Made by a program: the position numbers and the translations under genes. Shown in pieces: positions 39,171 through 49,291 of a stretch of 64,000 nt of DNA. The notes below the pieces were generated by a model. That model was not told the origin of the DNA, searched no databases, and saw nothing but the letters and a program-made list of their open reading frames with translations. How positions within the stretch are numbered: position 1 is the stretch's first letter; every line of letters begins with the position of its first letter. The DNA is from Candidatus Poribacteria bacterium (GTDB taxonomy: Bacteria > Poribacteria > WGA-4E > PCPOR2b): assembly GCA_965218095.1 (NCBI GenBank), contig OZ244587.1, positions 3,328,001 through 3,392,000 of the forward strand, in the 5' to 3' direction.

Positions 39171-40454
39171 TTGAACAACGCCAAATCCTTAGCAGCATGG
39201 CAAAAATCACAGCAATTTATTCCCGGTGGCGTTAATAGCCCAGTAAGAAACTTTAATAAGGTTGGCGGTAGCCCCCTTTTTATCCGGCGTGGCAAGGGAT
39301 CGAGGGTCTATGACATTGATGGCAATGAATATATTGATTATTTGGCATCATGGGGCCCGTTAATTTTAGGGCATGCACCTCCAAGCATTATTGAGGCAAT
39401 TCGAGGTGCAGCCGAGAACGGCACTAGTTTCGGGGCGGCAACGGCGTTAGAAACTGAACTTGCCGAACTAATTGTCAACGCCTGCCAGTCGATCGAGATT
39501 GTTCGATTGGTCAACTCTGGCACGGAAGCCACGATGAGCGCAATCCGTGTGGCGCGCGGGTACACCGGGCGTGATAAGGTCATCAAAATGGCGGGCTGCT
39601 ATCACGGGCACGCTGACTCACTTCTCGCCGAAGCGGGGTCCGGGGTTGCAACCTTCAGCGTTCCTGAGTGTATTGGCATTCCAGCCGATTTTACACGGCA
39701 CACCCTTGTTGTACCGTTCAATGATACTGATGCCGTGCGGCGTGTGATTGAAGCCAATCCTGACCAGATCGCATGTCTGATTCTTGAACCGATTGCGGGC
39801 AATATGGGAGTAATTCCGCCGCGTGATGGCTACCTCCAAGAATTGCGCGAGATTACCGCCGAACACGGCATTCTTCTCATTTTCGATGAAGTAATTACCG
39901 GATTTCGCGTGGCGTATGGCGGGGCACAGTCCCTCTATGGAGTTACACCCGATATGACCTGCCTTGGCAAGATCATTGGTGGAGGGATGCCAGTCGGTGC
40001 GTACGGAGGAAAAAAAGAGATTATGGAAAGCGTCGCTCCACTCGGCGACGTCTACCAAGCAGGGACGCTATCGGGCAATCCCCTTGCGGTGTCTGCTGGA
40101 ATCGCAATGCTGGAAACACTTTCCGAACCTGATGTCTATGATCGGCTTGAGGTTCGTGCTGCTGCCCTTGCAGAGGGACTCCAACAAGCTACCAAACGCC
40201 ACGGAATCAACGCTTGGCACAGCCGAGTCGGTTCAATGTTAATGTTCTATTTCACAAGTGAAACGGTCACCGATTACGAAGGCGTGCAGACCGCGGACAC
40301 CGAACGCTACGCGCCTTATTTCTGGGGCTTGCTTGAGAAAGGGGTTTATGTCGCCCCATCTCAGTTCGAGACCGGCTTTGTTTCACTAGCGCACTCTGAG
40401 GCAGATATAGACCAGACAATCGAGGCAGCCGATGAAGTGCTATCAAGACTTTAA
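39171..40454 (+). CDS. hemL: Glutamate-1-semialdehyde 2,1-aminomutase
   Basis: PGGVNSPVR, NSGTEATM, DEVITGFR, GKIIGGG. Confidence 0.97.
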   Translation: MNNAKSLAAWQKSQQFIPGGVNSPVRNFNKVGGSPLFIRRGKGSRVYDIDGNEYIDYLASWGPLILGHAPPSIIEAIRGAAENGTSFGAATALETELAELIVNACQSIEIVRLVNSGTEATMSAIRVARGYTGRDKVIKMAGCYHGHADSLLAEAGSGVATFSVPECIGIPADFTRHTLVVPFNDTDAVRRVIEANPDQIACLILEPIAGNMGVIPPRDGYLQELREITAEHGILLIFDEVITGFRVAYGGAQSLYGVTPDMTCLGKIIGGGMPVGAYGGKKEIMESVAPLGDVYQAGTLSGNPLAVSAGIAMLETLSEPDVYDRLEVRAAALAEGLQQATKRHGINAWHSRVGSMLMFYFTSETVTDYEGVQTADTERYAPYFWGLLEKGVYVAPSQFETGFVSLAHSEADIDQTIEAADEVLSRL

Positions 40455-40517
40455 TGTAGGAAAGGGAGAATAAACGGAGAAACAAGAAGGAGGACAACGT
40501 TTCACGTTTCACATCCG

Positions 40518-41510
40518 ATGTCAACACAAAGCCTTAACGAAATTTGCCATCTTATTACAGATGATCTGCAAGCTGTCGAAAAAAAACTCAGTGAGAAAAC
40601 CACGAGTCATTACGATTTCGTTGATCTTGCTGTCCAGCATGTGGTCGAGGGGGGTGGGAAGCGGCTGCGCCCAATCCTACTGTTGCTCTCCGCGAAAGCG
40701 TGCGGATATCAAGGCGAGGATGCCCATACGCTTGCAGCAACTGTCGAACTGATCCATGTTGCATCACTCGTTCACGATGATGTCCTTGATGAAGCTCCTA
40801 TCCGGCGAGGACGTGAAACGTTGCACTCTAAATGGGGCAACAAAGTGGCGGTGCTCGTTGGGGATTATCTCCATGCCCGCGTTCTCTCGGTGCTTGTCGC
40901 CCGGCGTGCCGATGACCCCGCGATGGCACTTCTCTCCGACGCGACGCATGCGATGTGTGAAGGGGAAGTCATCCATGCCTATAAAAATGGGGATTTCAAT
41001 ATTTCGCAGGATGACTATCTAAAAATCATTGAACTAAAAACAGGAAAACTTATCACCGCCTCATGTGCGATGGGAGCGATACTTGGAATTGGAACGCAAG
41101 ATACGCAAATCGTCCAAGCCTTAACGGAATATGGAGAAGCGGTCGGCGCAGCATTTCAGATTATCGATGACCTCCTCGACCTCGTGGCGGATGGAGAAAA
41201 GTTGGGGAAGCAACCGTTCAGCGATTTGCGTGATGGGAAACTGACGTTTCCGATGATCTATACACGCGAAATCTGCACAACCGAAGAAAGAACAGAACTC
41301 GAACGGGTTTTTAGCTTAGAAATGGACGAGACTGGGGCAATCGAATGGATTGAAACTTTACTTGAACGCTATCAGATCCAGACACACTGCCGTGGGGTTG
41401 CTCAAGAATATGCGGACCGTGCGAAATCTGGTTTGAACGTGTTGCCCAAAACGCCTGCAAGAGATGCCCTTGTACAGCTTACGGACTACGGCGTATCGAG
41501 GGATTGGTGA
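40518..41510 (+). CDS. Polyprenyl diphosphate synthase (IspB/HepT-like)
   Basis: GGKRLRP, LVHDDVLD..RRG, FQIIDD. Confidence 0.93.
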   Translation: MSTQSLNEICHLITDDLQAVEKKLSEKTTSHYDFVDLAVQHVVEGGGKRLRPILLLLSAKACGYQGEDAHTLAATVELIHVASLVHDDVLDEAPIRRGRETLHSKWGNKVAVLVGDYLHARVLSVLVARRADDPAMALLSDATHAMCEGEVIHAYKNGDFNISQDDYLKIIELKTGKLITASCAMGAILGIGTQDTQIVQALTEYGEAVGAAFQIIDDLLDLVADGEKLGKQPFSDLRDGKLTFPMIYTREICTTEERTELERVFSLEMDETGAIEWIETLLERYQIQTHCRGVAQEYADRAKSGLNVLPKTPARDALVQLTDYGVSRDW

Positions 41511-41585
41511 CGAATAAAGCACGAGGTTTAGCAAGCTGGTCCGTCAGGACCTCAACACTTATCAATCCAGTTTTACGTTTTGACT

Positions 41586-42758
41586 ATGTTCTATCCAGCG
41601 TATCTGAACCTCCAAAATCGTAAGTGCCTCGTTGTAGGCACGGGGCTTGTCGCCGAACGAAAAGTGCTCTCTCTGCTCCGCAGCGGCGGAGATGTAACGT
41701 TAATCAGCCCCGAAGCAACGCAGAACAATGCTGACTTGGCACGAAGCAATCAGATAATCTGGCATAAACGCCAGTTTCAGCCCGGCGATACGGAAGGGAT
41801 GTTCCTTGTCTGTGCGGCAACCGACCTGCCGGAAATCAACACGCAAGTCTTTAAGGAGGCACACGAAGTATACGGGATCAACCTTGTCAACGTGGTTGAT
41901 GTGATTCCTGAATGCACCTTCGCAGCGGCGTCCGTGATTACGCACGAAGACCTGACGATCAGCATCTCCACAAGCGGTAAAAGCCCAGGATTGTCCAGAC
42001 GCATCCGAGAATATCTCGAAGCAAAGTTCGGCGCGGCATCTCTTTACGATGAATCGTCTGAGGCAAATTTCACCCCGTCTCTTAAAGACCACGGTCTTCC
42101 GTACCCGGTCTATTTTTTATTGGAGAATCGTCATTGTGTCGTGATCAGTGATTCGGAGAAGATGCGGGAACCCCTCGCGCAAAGATTAGACCTACTGCTG
42201 CGTTGTGGTGCATCTATTGACCACATTGCCCTGACCCCTGACAATCTGGAACGCGTGTCAGGCGCCTTTCTTGTGTTAGTTGACGATTTTGAGTCCGAAG
42301 ATTCTGACTTCGCCGCCCTCGGTCAGCGTCAATTGATTGAATTCATCAACGCTCCAGAGCTTGGAACATTTACCACGCCGTTTCTGGTAAGAGATGGCGA
42401 GCTGATTATCAGCATTTCCGCCAATCATATTCAGGAGACTGACGCAGGCGTAGCCGGAGGATGTAGAATCGAATTTGTACAAACCCAGCTTGCCCATCAG
42501 TTTGAAAATAACGGTTATGGGGAGTTTATCGATTTTCTCGGTTCGCTACGACCTACAGTAATGGAATCTATCCCAACTCAGAAAGGTCGCCAGCGATACT
42601 TCGATCACCTCATCGATCAGATCCCTGGACATGAAGGACAGAAGTGCTGCTTAGGCTTTGAAGACCCTAACTGTGCGGTCGGATGCACTTTCAATATGAT
42701 TCGGAGCGGGCAAACCGACGCTGCTTGTCAATATGCCCTTCAACGGATCAGCGGATAA
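41586..42758 (+). CDS. Precorrin-2 dehydrogenase/sirohydrochlorin ferrochelatase (SirC/CysG N-terminal), internally duplicated
   Basis: YPAYLNL..VVGTGLVAERK, NVVD..CTF, ISTSGKSP; second degenerate copy from YPVYFLLENRHCVV. Confidence 0.85.
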   Translation: MFYPAYLNLQNRKCLVVGTGLVAERKVLSLLRSGGDVTLISPEATQNNADLARSNQIIWHKRQFQPGDTEGMFLVCAATDLPEINTQVFKEAHEVYGINLVNVVDVIPECTFAAASVITHEDLTISISTSGKSPGLSRRIREYLEAKFGAASLYDESSEANFTPSLKDHGLPYPVYFLLENRHCVVISDSEKMREPLAQRLDLLLRCGASIDHIALTPDNLERVSGAFLVLVDDFESEDSDFAALGQRQLIEFINAPELGTFTTPFLVRDGELIISISANHIQETDAGVAGGCRIEFVQTQLAHQFENNGYGEFIDFLGSLRPTVMESIPTQKGRQRYFDHLIDQIPGHEGQKCCLGFEDPNCAVGCTFNMIRSGQTDAACQYALQRISG

Positions 42759-42796
42759 ATTTTTGAACAAATGCGCTTCTTACATTTAATATCTCA

Positions 42797-43612
42797 ATGA
42801 ATTCACTATTTTTTCACACGCTTTTGCTGGTCTATTTGGCGGGGTGTATACTTCACATTCTTTTCCTCACAACAGGGAATCGAATGGTCGCAAAATTCGC
42901 CTACTGGCTGACGACAGGAGGATTTGTGCTGCACTCGGTCTTTATCCTCCTGCGCTGGCGGTATGCGGGACACCTGATGGCGCATTGGTATGACTCAACC
43001 TCCTTCCTAGCGTGGGCGATTATCTTGATTTACCTATGCATCGCACACCTAACCCACCTCCGCACGATCGGGGTTTTTGTTGTTCCCGCTGCGTTTATAG
43101 CCACCTTAGTCGCTTACACGCTACAAACTCAGGAAAATACTGCGATTCCCGCACATCTGCAAAACTACTGGCTCATTGCCCATTCTTCCGTTATTTTTCT
43201 ATCTTATGCCGCATTCATCGCTGCCTTTGGATTTGGACTGATGTACCTAATTGAAGAAAAGAAAATTCGTGAGAAACAGCACACGCTCATCTACAATCTC
43301 CTGCCCGCGCTTGGACGCTCTGACGAACTCGGTCACAAGTGCATCCTCGTTGGCGTGATCTTGATGACGATGGGCATTCTCATTGGGGTACTTTGGACGC
43401 AGTATGTTAAAGAAGTCAAATGGACATGGATCGATTCAAAGGTTATCTTCACAATCGCCACATGGCTTATCTATGTGTTACAACTCGGCATCCGCCAAGT
43501 TCTCGGCTGGCGCGGACGCAAAACCGCCTATTCCGCAATCATCGGTCTTACCGCCGTGTTGTTTACCTATGTAGGCGTTAATCTCTTTTTACCTAGCATA
43601 CACGCATTCTAA
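42797..43612 (+). CDS. ccsA: CcsA/HemX-like heme-handling membrane protein
   Basis: 8 TMs; WLIAH, W..DSK, GWRGRK, SIHAF. Confidence 0.85.
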   Translation: MNSLFFHTLLLVYLAGCILHILFLTTGNRMVAKFAYWLTTGGFVLHSVFILLRWRYAGHLMAHWYDSTSFLAWAIILIYLCIAHLTHLRTIGVFVVPAAFIATLVAYTLQTQENTAIPAHLQNYWLIAHSSVIFLSYAAFIAAFGFGLMYLIEEKKIREKQHTLIYNLLPALGRSDELGHKCILVGVILMTMGILIGVLWTQYVKEVKWTWIDSKVIFTIATWLIYVLQLGIRQVLGWRGRKTAYSAIIGLTAVLFTYVGVNLFLPSIHAF

Positions 43613-43616
43613 GCAG

Positions 43617-44939
43617 ATGAACCCAATTGTCATTGTCGGTACTAGTCATCATATTGCACCGCTCGATTTTCGAGAACGGTTGTCGTTTTCTGAAGGCCAG
43701 CTTGCAGAGGCTTTCCAACTTTTAAGGGAACATCCCGATGTTCGGGAAGCCACGATTCTTTCGACTTGTAACCGTGTCGAAGTCTGTGCTGTGACCCACG
43801 GCAAAAACGGTTGTGCCGTTCTCTCCGATTTCCTTTCAGATTACCATCAAATCGAGTCGCAACAACTCAACAAGTTTACATATAGTCATCAAAATCTTGA
43901 TGCCATTCGTCATATCTTCAATGTAACTGCAAGCCTCGATTCCATGATTATCGGCGAACCACAGATTCTCGGTCAGGTGAAAGAGGCGTACGCTCAATCA
44001 CTCTCTGCTGGAACAACCGGCGATATTCTGAACCGCCTATTTGCCAAAGCGATAAGCGTCGGAAAACGAGTTCGCACCGAAACCAATATTGCCTCTGGTG
44101 CAGTATCCATCAGTTACGCAGCAGTTGAACTTGCCAAGAAAATCTTTCAAAGTCTGGAAGATAAAACGGTTGCCATTATCGGTGCCGGCGAGATGAGTGA
44201 ATTAACGGCGCAGCACCTTGTGAAGAACAACGTTTCCAAGGTCATCGTAGCGAACCGAACATATCAGCGTGCAGTCAACATCGCCAAAAGATTTAACGGG
44301 ATTCCCCTGACGTACGACACTGACCTGAGTTTCCTCGTTGAAGCAGACATCGTGATCAGCTCGACCGACGCACCGCATTATCTGATCCACCGGGATTCAC
44401 TTGCCGAAATTATGAAACAGCGGAAGCATCGCTATATGTTCCTGATCGACATCGCTGTGCCTCGTGATATCGACCCTGAAGTGAGCAAAGTAGATAATGC
44501 CTTCCTGTATAACATTGATGACCTTGAGACGGTGGTTGCCTCCAACCTCAAAGACCGACAACAGGAAGCGGAGATTGCAGCACAGATTGTCAAAGAAGAA
44601 GTTGCAAAATTTCAGTCACAGTTGCAAATCTTTCAAGTCAACCCAACGATCAAGGCACTCCATCAGCAGTTTCAGCAGGTTGCTTCAAAAGAGTTGGGAA
44701 TCTATCTTGACAAAGCGAATCTGACCCCTAAACAGCAAAAGATGGTTGAAGCTATGACGCAATCAATTATCAAAAAATTGTTGCATCAACCGACGAAAAA
44801 TTTGCGTCAGGTCGCTTTGGATCCCGATCTTACCGAGGCAGTCAATGATACCGATGGCGAGCATGTGCAGTATGTCCGCGTGCTGAAGGAATTGTTTGGT
44901 TTGGAAAAGGTGGCAAATGCGAAAGATACAGAAGATTAA
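43617..44939 (+). CDS. hemA: Glutamyl-tRNA reductase
   Basis: STCNRVE, SLDSMIIGEPQILGQVK, GAGEM, DIAVPRD. Confidence 0.97.
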   Translation: MNPIVIVGTSHHIAPLDFRERLSFSEGQLAEAFQLLREHPDVREATILSTCNRVEVCAVTHGKNGCAVLSDFLSDYHQIESQQLNKFTYSHQNLDAIRHIFNVTASLDSMIIGEPQILGQVKEAYAQSLSAGTTGDILNRLFAKAISVGKRVRTETNIASGAVSISYAAVELAKKIFQSLEDKTVAIIGAGEMSELTAQHLVKNNVSKVIVANRTYQRAVNIAKRFNGIPLTYDTDLSFLVEADIVISSTDAPHYLIHRDSLAEIMKQRKHRYMFLIDIAVPRDIDPEVSKVDNAFLYNIDDLETVVASNLKDRQQEAEIAAQIVKEEVAKFQSQLQIFQVNPTIKALHQQFQQVASKELGIYLDKANLTPKQQKMVEAMTQSIIKKLLHQPTKNLRQVALDPDLTEAVNDTDGEHVQYVRVLKELFGLEKVANAKDTED

Positions 44940-44945
44940 AAAGAT

Positions 44946-45785
44946 ATGATACGGACGGATGTAATTGACCTGATTTTCAAAATCGCCGGATCGGAAAATG
45001 CTTTCGATATTCTGGAAGGAAAATTTGCAGAAATCACGAAGAGCGAGTTGAGTTCAAGTCTGTTAGGATGTGGAGTTATCCCTGAGTTATTGGAACACGA
45101 TTCATCAGAAGAAAAGCTGTGGGCCAAATACTGTGACATCCTATTAGCGCAAACATGGACCTATTTGTCTATTCCTGCCGAAGTTTTAAGGGCAAGAGGT
45201 GACTCTGCTGACGTTTTCGGGAGAACTCATAACTACAGCATTGTTGGTGATGCCAAAGCATTCCGCCTGAGTTGTACAGCGAAAAATCAGAAGGACTTTA
45301 AGGTGCAAGCACTGAATGATTGGCGTAAAAGTAATACATACGCTTGTCTTGTATCACCACTTTATCAATATCCTCAGCGAGGAAGCCAAATTTACGAGCA
45401 AGCAATTGAGCGAAATGTCACGCTGTTATCGTATACCCATCTCAAATTTCTACTTGATTACGCTAATGGACAAAATTTCGATTCCCTTTGGCAGATAGGT
45501 AGTGAGCTACCAAGGAGCAAAAACGCCCAACAGTATTGGGAAGCGATTGATAAAACAGCGCGCGAAATCGCTGGTGAAAGCGAGGAAACACTCAACAGTT
45601 ATAAGCAGAGGACAATTGATAAAATTAAACAACTCGGTAAAGAGGGCATTGATTACTGGGAGACAAGAATAGCTGCTTATAAGAAATTGTCTCAAGAAGA
45701 AGCAGTAGCAAAACTGATTAAGGCAGAAAAAGTTGAAGCTAAGATCTGGACAATAAAAAAGGCGATTGACATTCTTCAATCGTAA
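44946..45785 (+). CDS. HindIII-family type II restriction endonuclease
   Basis: IPE..EHDSSEEKL, RGDSADV, DAKAFRLS.TAKNQKDFKV. Confidence 0.88.
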   Translation: MIRTDVIDLIFKIAGSENAFDILEGKFAEITKSELSSSLLGCGVIPELLEHDSSEEKLWAKYCDILLAQTWTYLSIPAEVLRARGDSADVFGRTHNYSIVGDAKAFRLSCTAKNQKDFKVQALNDWRKSNTYACLVSPLYQYPQRGSQIYEQAIERNVTLLSYTHLKFLLDYANGQNFDSLWQIGSELPRSKNAQQYWEAIDKTAREIAGESEETLNSYKQRTIDKIKQLGKEGIDYWETRIAAYKKLSQEEAVAKLIKAEKVEAKIWTIKKAIDILQS

Positions 45786-45793
45786 AAAACCTG

Positions 45794-46720
45794 ATGGACA
45801 CACTGCTTGATAAAATTATCCGAGGCGATTGTATAGATTGGCTCCCCAAAATTCCACCAGAATCCGTTCACCTCTTCCTCTCGGATATACCCTACGGTAT
45901 AGGATTGGACGATTGGGATGTTCTACACAATAACACAAATTCCGCTTATCTCGGTCAGTCCCCGGCACAACATGGCAAAAGTGGTTTCAAAAGGAGGGGA
46001 AAACCGATTCGGGGATGGAATGCCGCCGACAGGAACATTGTCAGAGATTATCAAAAATGGTGTGACCAGTGGGCGCAACTCGCTTACCCTATCATGAAAA
46101 AAGGGGCAAGCTTATTTGTGTTTGGCGCACGTCGAACGATTCACAGAGCGATTGTCGCGCTTGAGGATGCCGGTTTTCTGCTTCGTGATATTCTGATTTG
46201 GAAAAAGGATTCTGCCCACCACCGGAGCCAGCGTCTGGAAATCGTCCTAGACAGAAGGGGAGAAGAAAAATTAGCAGAAAAGTGGAAGGGCTGGCGGATA
46301 GGCAATTTAGCACCGATCTACGAACCGATTGCATGGCTGTTTAAGCCGTATGACCACACAATCACTGACAATATCATCGAAAACGAAGTTGGAGGGATGA
46401 ACGTCGCCGAATGTCTGATCAACGGCAAAAGTCCTACCAATGTGTTAGAGATTGACTTTCGCGCCAATGAAACACGGGTACATGAAGCGCAAAAACCCGT
46501 TGCTCTAATGGAATACCTCATCAGACTCACAACGCTCGATAATCAGGTTGTATTGGATCCCTTTATCGGCAGTGGGACAACCGCAATCGCATGTCGCAGT
46601 TTGAACCGAAGATTTATCGGTTTCGAGATTAACGAGTCCTATTATCAGAATGCCCTCCACCGGTTGGAAACCGAAACGCGGCAATTGCGGTTTCTACGCG
46701 AGTCGACTGGGTGCGATTGA
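45794..46720 (+). CDS. M.HindIII-like N6-adenine DNA methyltransferase (beta class)
   Basis: SDIPYG, WDVLHNNTNSA, FKRRGKP, HEAQKP, LDPFIGSGTT. Confidence 0.9.
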   Translation: MDTLLDKIIRGDCIDWLPKIPPESVHLFLSDIPYGIGLDDWDVLHNNTNSAYLGQSPAQHGKSGFKRRGKPIRGWNAADRNIVRDYQKWCDQWAQLAYPIMKKGASLFVFGARRTIHRAIVALEDAGFLLRDILIWKKDSAHHRSQRLEIVLDRRGEEKLAEKWKGWRIGNLAPIYEPIAWLFKPYDHTITDNIIENEVGGMNVAECLINGKSPTNVLEIDFRANETRVHEAQKPVALMEYLIRLTTLDNQVVLDPFIGSGTTAIACRSLNRRFIGFEINESYYQNALHRLETETRQLRFLRESTGCD

Positions 46721-46747
46721 ACGGTCAGGAGATTCGTTGGAGTCCAC

Positions 46748-47689
46748 ATGAAGCAAACTATCACCATCGGTACACGCGGCAGCCAACTTGCCCTCTGGCA
46801 GGCAGACTATGTGAGAAAGCGTCTGCATCATCACTTTCCCGACCGCTTGATTGAACGCAAGGTCATCAAAACAACGGGGGACAAAATTCGAGACCGTTCC
46901 CTCGTCGGACTCGGCAAAGGGGTCTTTACAAAGGAGATCGAAATCGCACTTTTGGACGGCACAATCGATCTCGCTGTCCACAGCATGAAAGACCTGCCGA
47001 CAGATCTGCCCGACGGGCTTTGTATCGCCGCTATCCCTGTACGTGAAGATCCCCGCGATGTGCTGGTCACCCAATCTGGACTGCTCCTCAATCAACTCCC
47101 AAAAGGAGCGAAAATTGGAACGACAAGCCCACGTCGAAAATCTCAGTTTCTACACTTACGTTCTGATTTGCAGGTTGTGGATGTCCGCGGAAATCTTGAT
47201 ACGCGCCTTCGTAAACTGCATGAAACAGAACTTGATGGAATTATCCTTGCTGCGGCGGGTATTAAACGGCTGATCGGTGAAGAAATCATTACGGAGTATT
47301 TTGAGGCAGATCGGCTGGTTCCCGCTGCCGGGCAAGGGGCATTGGGGGTAGAAGTGCGCGAAGATGACCTTGAAATCAAGACATTGTTAGACGCAATTAA
47401 CGATAGCTCTAGCGAAACTGAGGTGCTTGTGGAAAGGGCTGTGTTGCAAGAATTGGGCGGTGGGTGTCAAGTTCCGATTGGCGTAAACGCACGGCTGAGG
47501 GACGATAGGCTTCATCTAATTGCCACCGTTTGCAGCCCCGACGGAAAGCATCGCATCCTTGAGCGGCTATCGAGTTGCTTTGAATCCCGATCTTATCGGG
47601 GCGATTCGGTGTGTGCTCAAGAGTTGGGGGTCAACCTTGTGACAAAGCTGATTCAGAGTGGCGCGAGCAAACTTCAAAGTAAAACGTGA
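46748..47689 (+). CDS. hemC: Hydroxymethylbilane synthase
   Basis: IGTRGSQLALWQ, KGVFTKE, VHSMKD, GGGCQVP. Confidence 0.97.
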   Translation: MKQTITIGTRGSQLALWQADYVRKRLHHHFPDRLIERKVIKTTGDKIRDRSLVGLGKGVFTKEIEIALLDGTIDLAVHSMKDLPTDLPDGLCIAAIPVREDPRDVLVTQSGLLLNQLPKGAKIGTTSPRRKSQFLHLRSDLQVVDVRGNLDTRLRKLHETELDGIILAAAGIKRLIGEEIITEYFEADRLVPAAGQGALGVEVREDDLEIKTLLDAINDSSSETEVLVERAVLQELGGGCQVPIGVNARLRDDRLHLIATVCSPDGKHRILERLSSCFESRSYRGDSVCAQELGVNLVTKLIQSGASKLQSKT

Positions 47690-47745
47690 AACGTAAAAAG
47701 ATCTTACGTTTTACGCATTACGTTTTACGCATTACGCATTACGTA
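47681..47745. repeat. Heptamer tandem repeat/hairpin (6 x TTACGYW)
   Basis: TTACGTT TTACGCA TTACGTT TTACGCA TTACGCA TTACGTA (47704-47745), preceded by the inverted cgtgaaacgtaa. Confidence 0.9.
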
Positions 47746-47756
47746 AAGCATGAATC

Positions 47757-49277
47757 ATGTCTGCCAAATGTGGTAAAGTCTACCTTGTTGGGGCAGGTCC
47801 GGGCGATCAGAAACTGATTACGCTCAAAGGGATTGAATGCCTCCAACGTGCGGATGTCGTAATCTATGACCTGCTTGTCAACGTCAAACTTCTTGAACAT
47901 TGCCCGTCGCAGACCGAAAAGATCTACGGGGGGAAGATGCCGGGCGAGCAGAAAGAACGTCAAGTCGAGCTCAACGCTCTGATGATTCAGTACGCGAAAG
48001 CTGGAAAAACGGTAGTCCGGCTGAAAGGCGGCGATCCATTCGTCTTCGGGCGTGGCGGCGAGGAGGCGTTGGCGCTTTCAGAAGCGGGGATTGAATTCGA
48101 GATTGTTCCCGGCATCACTGCTGCGATTGCAGCGCCGGCGTATGCAGGCATCCCCATCACGCACCGGGGATACGCCTCGTCTGTCGCGTTTGTCACGGGA
48201 CACTCGGCGTCGCTCGCCCCCGATTCACCGATTGGCTGGGAATGGTTGGCGACGGCGGTTGATACGCTCGTGGTCTACATGGGCGTCGGACATCTTCGCC
48301 AGATTGCAGAACGCTTAATCGCGCATGGGCGTCAACCCGAAACGCCGGTGGCGCTTGTCCATTGGGGAACAACGCCGCAGCAGAAAACCCTTGAAGGGAC
48401 GCTCGTAGACATCGCCGAAAAAGCGGATGCGGCTGATTTTCGTAATCCGGCGGTGATCGTGGTTGGTGAAGTGAACGCTTTGCGCGACCGGCTGCGCTGG
48501 TTTGACCGAAAGCCCCTTTTCTGTCGCCGAATCATTGTCACTCGCGCACGGGCCCAAGCCAGCGACTTCGCCGAACACCTCGAATCTTGCGGCGCCGAAG
48601 TGATCCAATTCCCGACGATTGAAACCCGGCCGATTACCGACAACTCTACATTAGATGAAGCCATTGCTCGGCTTGCGACGTACAATTGGGTTATCTTTAC
48701 CAGCGTCAATGCGGTAGAGTATTTCTACCGCCGTTTGCGAGAAAACGGCAAAGATGCTCGATCACTTGGAAATGCTCAGATCTGCGCGGTCGGCCCAAAA
48801 ACTGTCACGACGTTAGAACAGATCGGGCTGTGTGCGGATTATGTTCCGTCGCAATCCCGCGGCGCAATTATCGCGGCTGAATTGGAAGATGTGGAAAGGC
48901 AAAAGATCCTGCTCCCTCGCGCCAAGATCGCCGTCGAAGATTTGCCTAATAGCTTGCGCGAAAGGGGCGCGATTGTTGACGCCATCCCGATTTATGATAC
49001 CGTCAGAGCGGATACGGAAAAATGTGAGGAAATCGAAGCCGCCTTGGTAGACGGGCGGATTGACATGGTGACATTTACAAGTTCATCAACCGTCACCAAC
49101 TTTCTGGAGATGTTCGATCCACACCCGCCTGCTGTCTTGCTCGACAAGGTTCACATTGCGGTCATTGGGCCATCAACCGCCGCAACTGCGAGAACGCATG
49201 GATTGACGGTAGACATGGTTGCGAAGAAGGCATCCGTAGAAGCGCTCGCGGAAGAAATTGTCAAGTTCTATACATGA
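47757..49277 (+). CDS. cobA: Uroporphyrinogen-III C-methyltransferase / uroporphyrinogen-III synthase fusion (CobA-HemD)
   Basis: LVGAGPGD, RLKGGDPFVFGRGGEE; VTRARAQ, FTSVNAV, FTSSSTV. Confidence 0.95.
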   Translation: MSAKCGKVYLVGAGPGDQKLITLKGIECLQRADVVIYDLLVNVKLLEHCPSQTEKIYGGKMPGEQKERQVELNALMIQYAKAGKTVVRLKGGDPFVFGRGGEEALALSEAGIEFEIVPGITAAIAAPAYAGIPITHRGYASSVAFVTGHSASLAPDSPIGWEWLATAVDTLVVYMGVGHLRQIAERLIAHGRQPETPVALVHWGTTPQQKTLEGTLVDIAEKADAADFRNPAVIVVGEVNALRDRLRWFDRKPLFCRRIIVTRARAQASDFAEHLESCGAEVIQFPTIETRPITDNSTLDEAIARLATYNWVIFTSVNAVEYFYRRLRENGKDARSLGNAQICAVGPKTVTTLEQIGLCADYVPSQSRGAIIAAELEDVERQKILLPRAKIAVEDLPNSLRERGAIVDAIPIYDTVRADTEKCEEIEAALVDGRIDMVTFTSSSTVTNFLEMFDPHPPAVLLDKVHIAVIGPSTAATARTHGLTVDMVAKKASVEALAEEIVKFYT

Positions 49278-49291
49278 AAGGAGAAGCAAAC

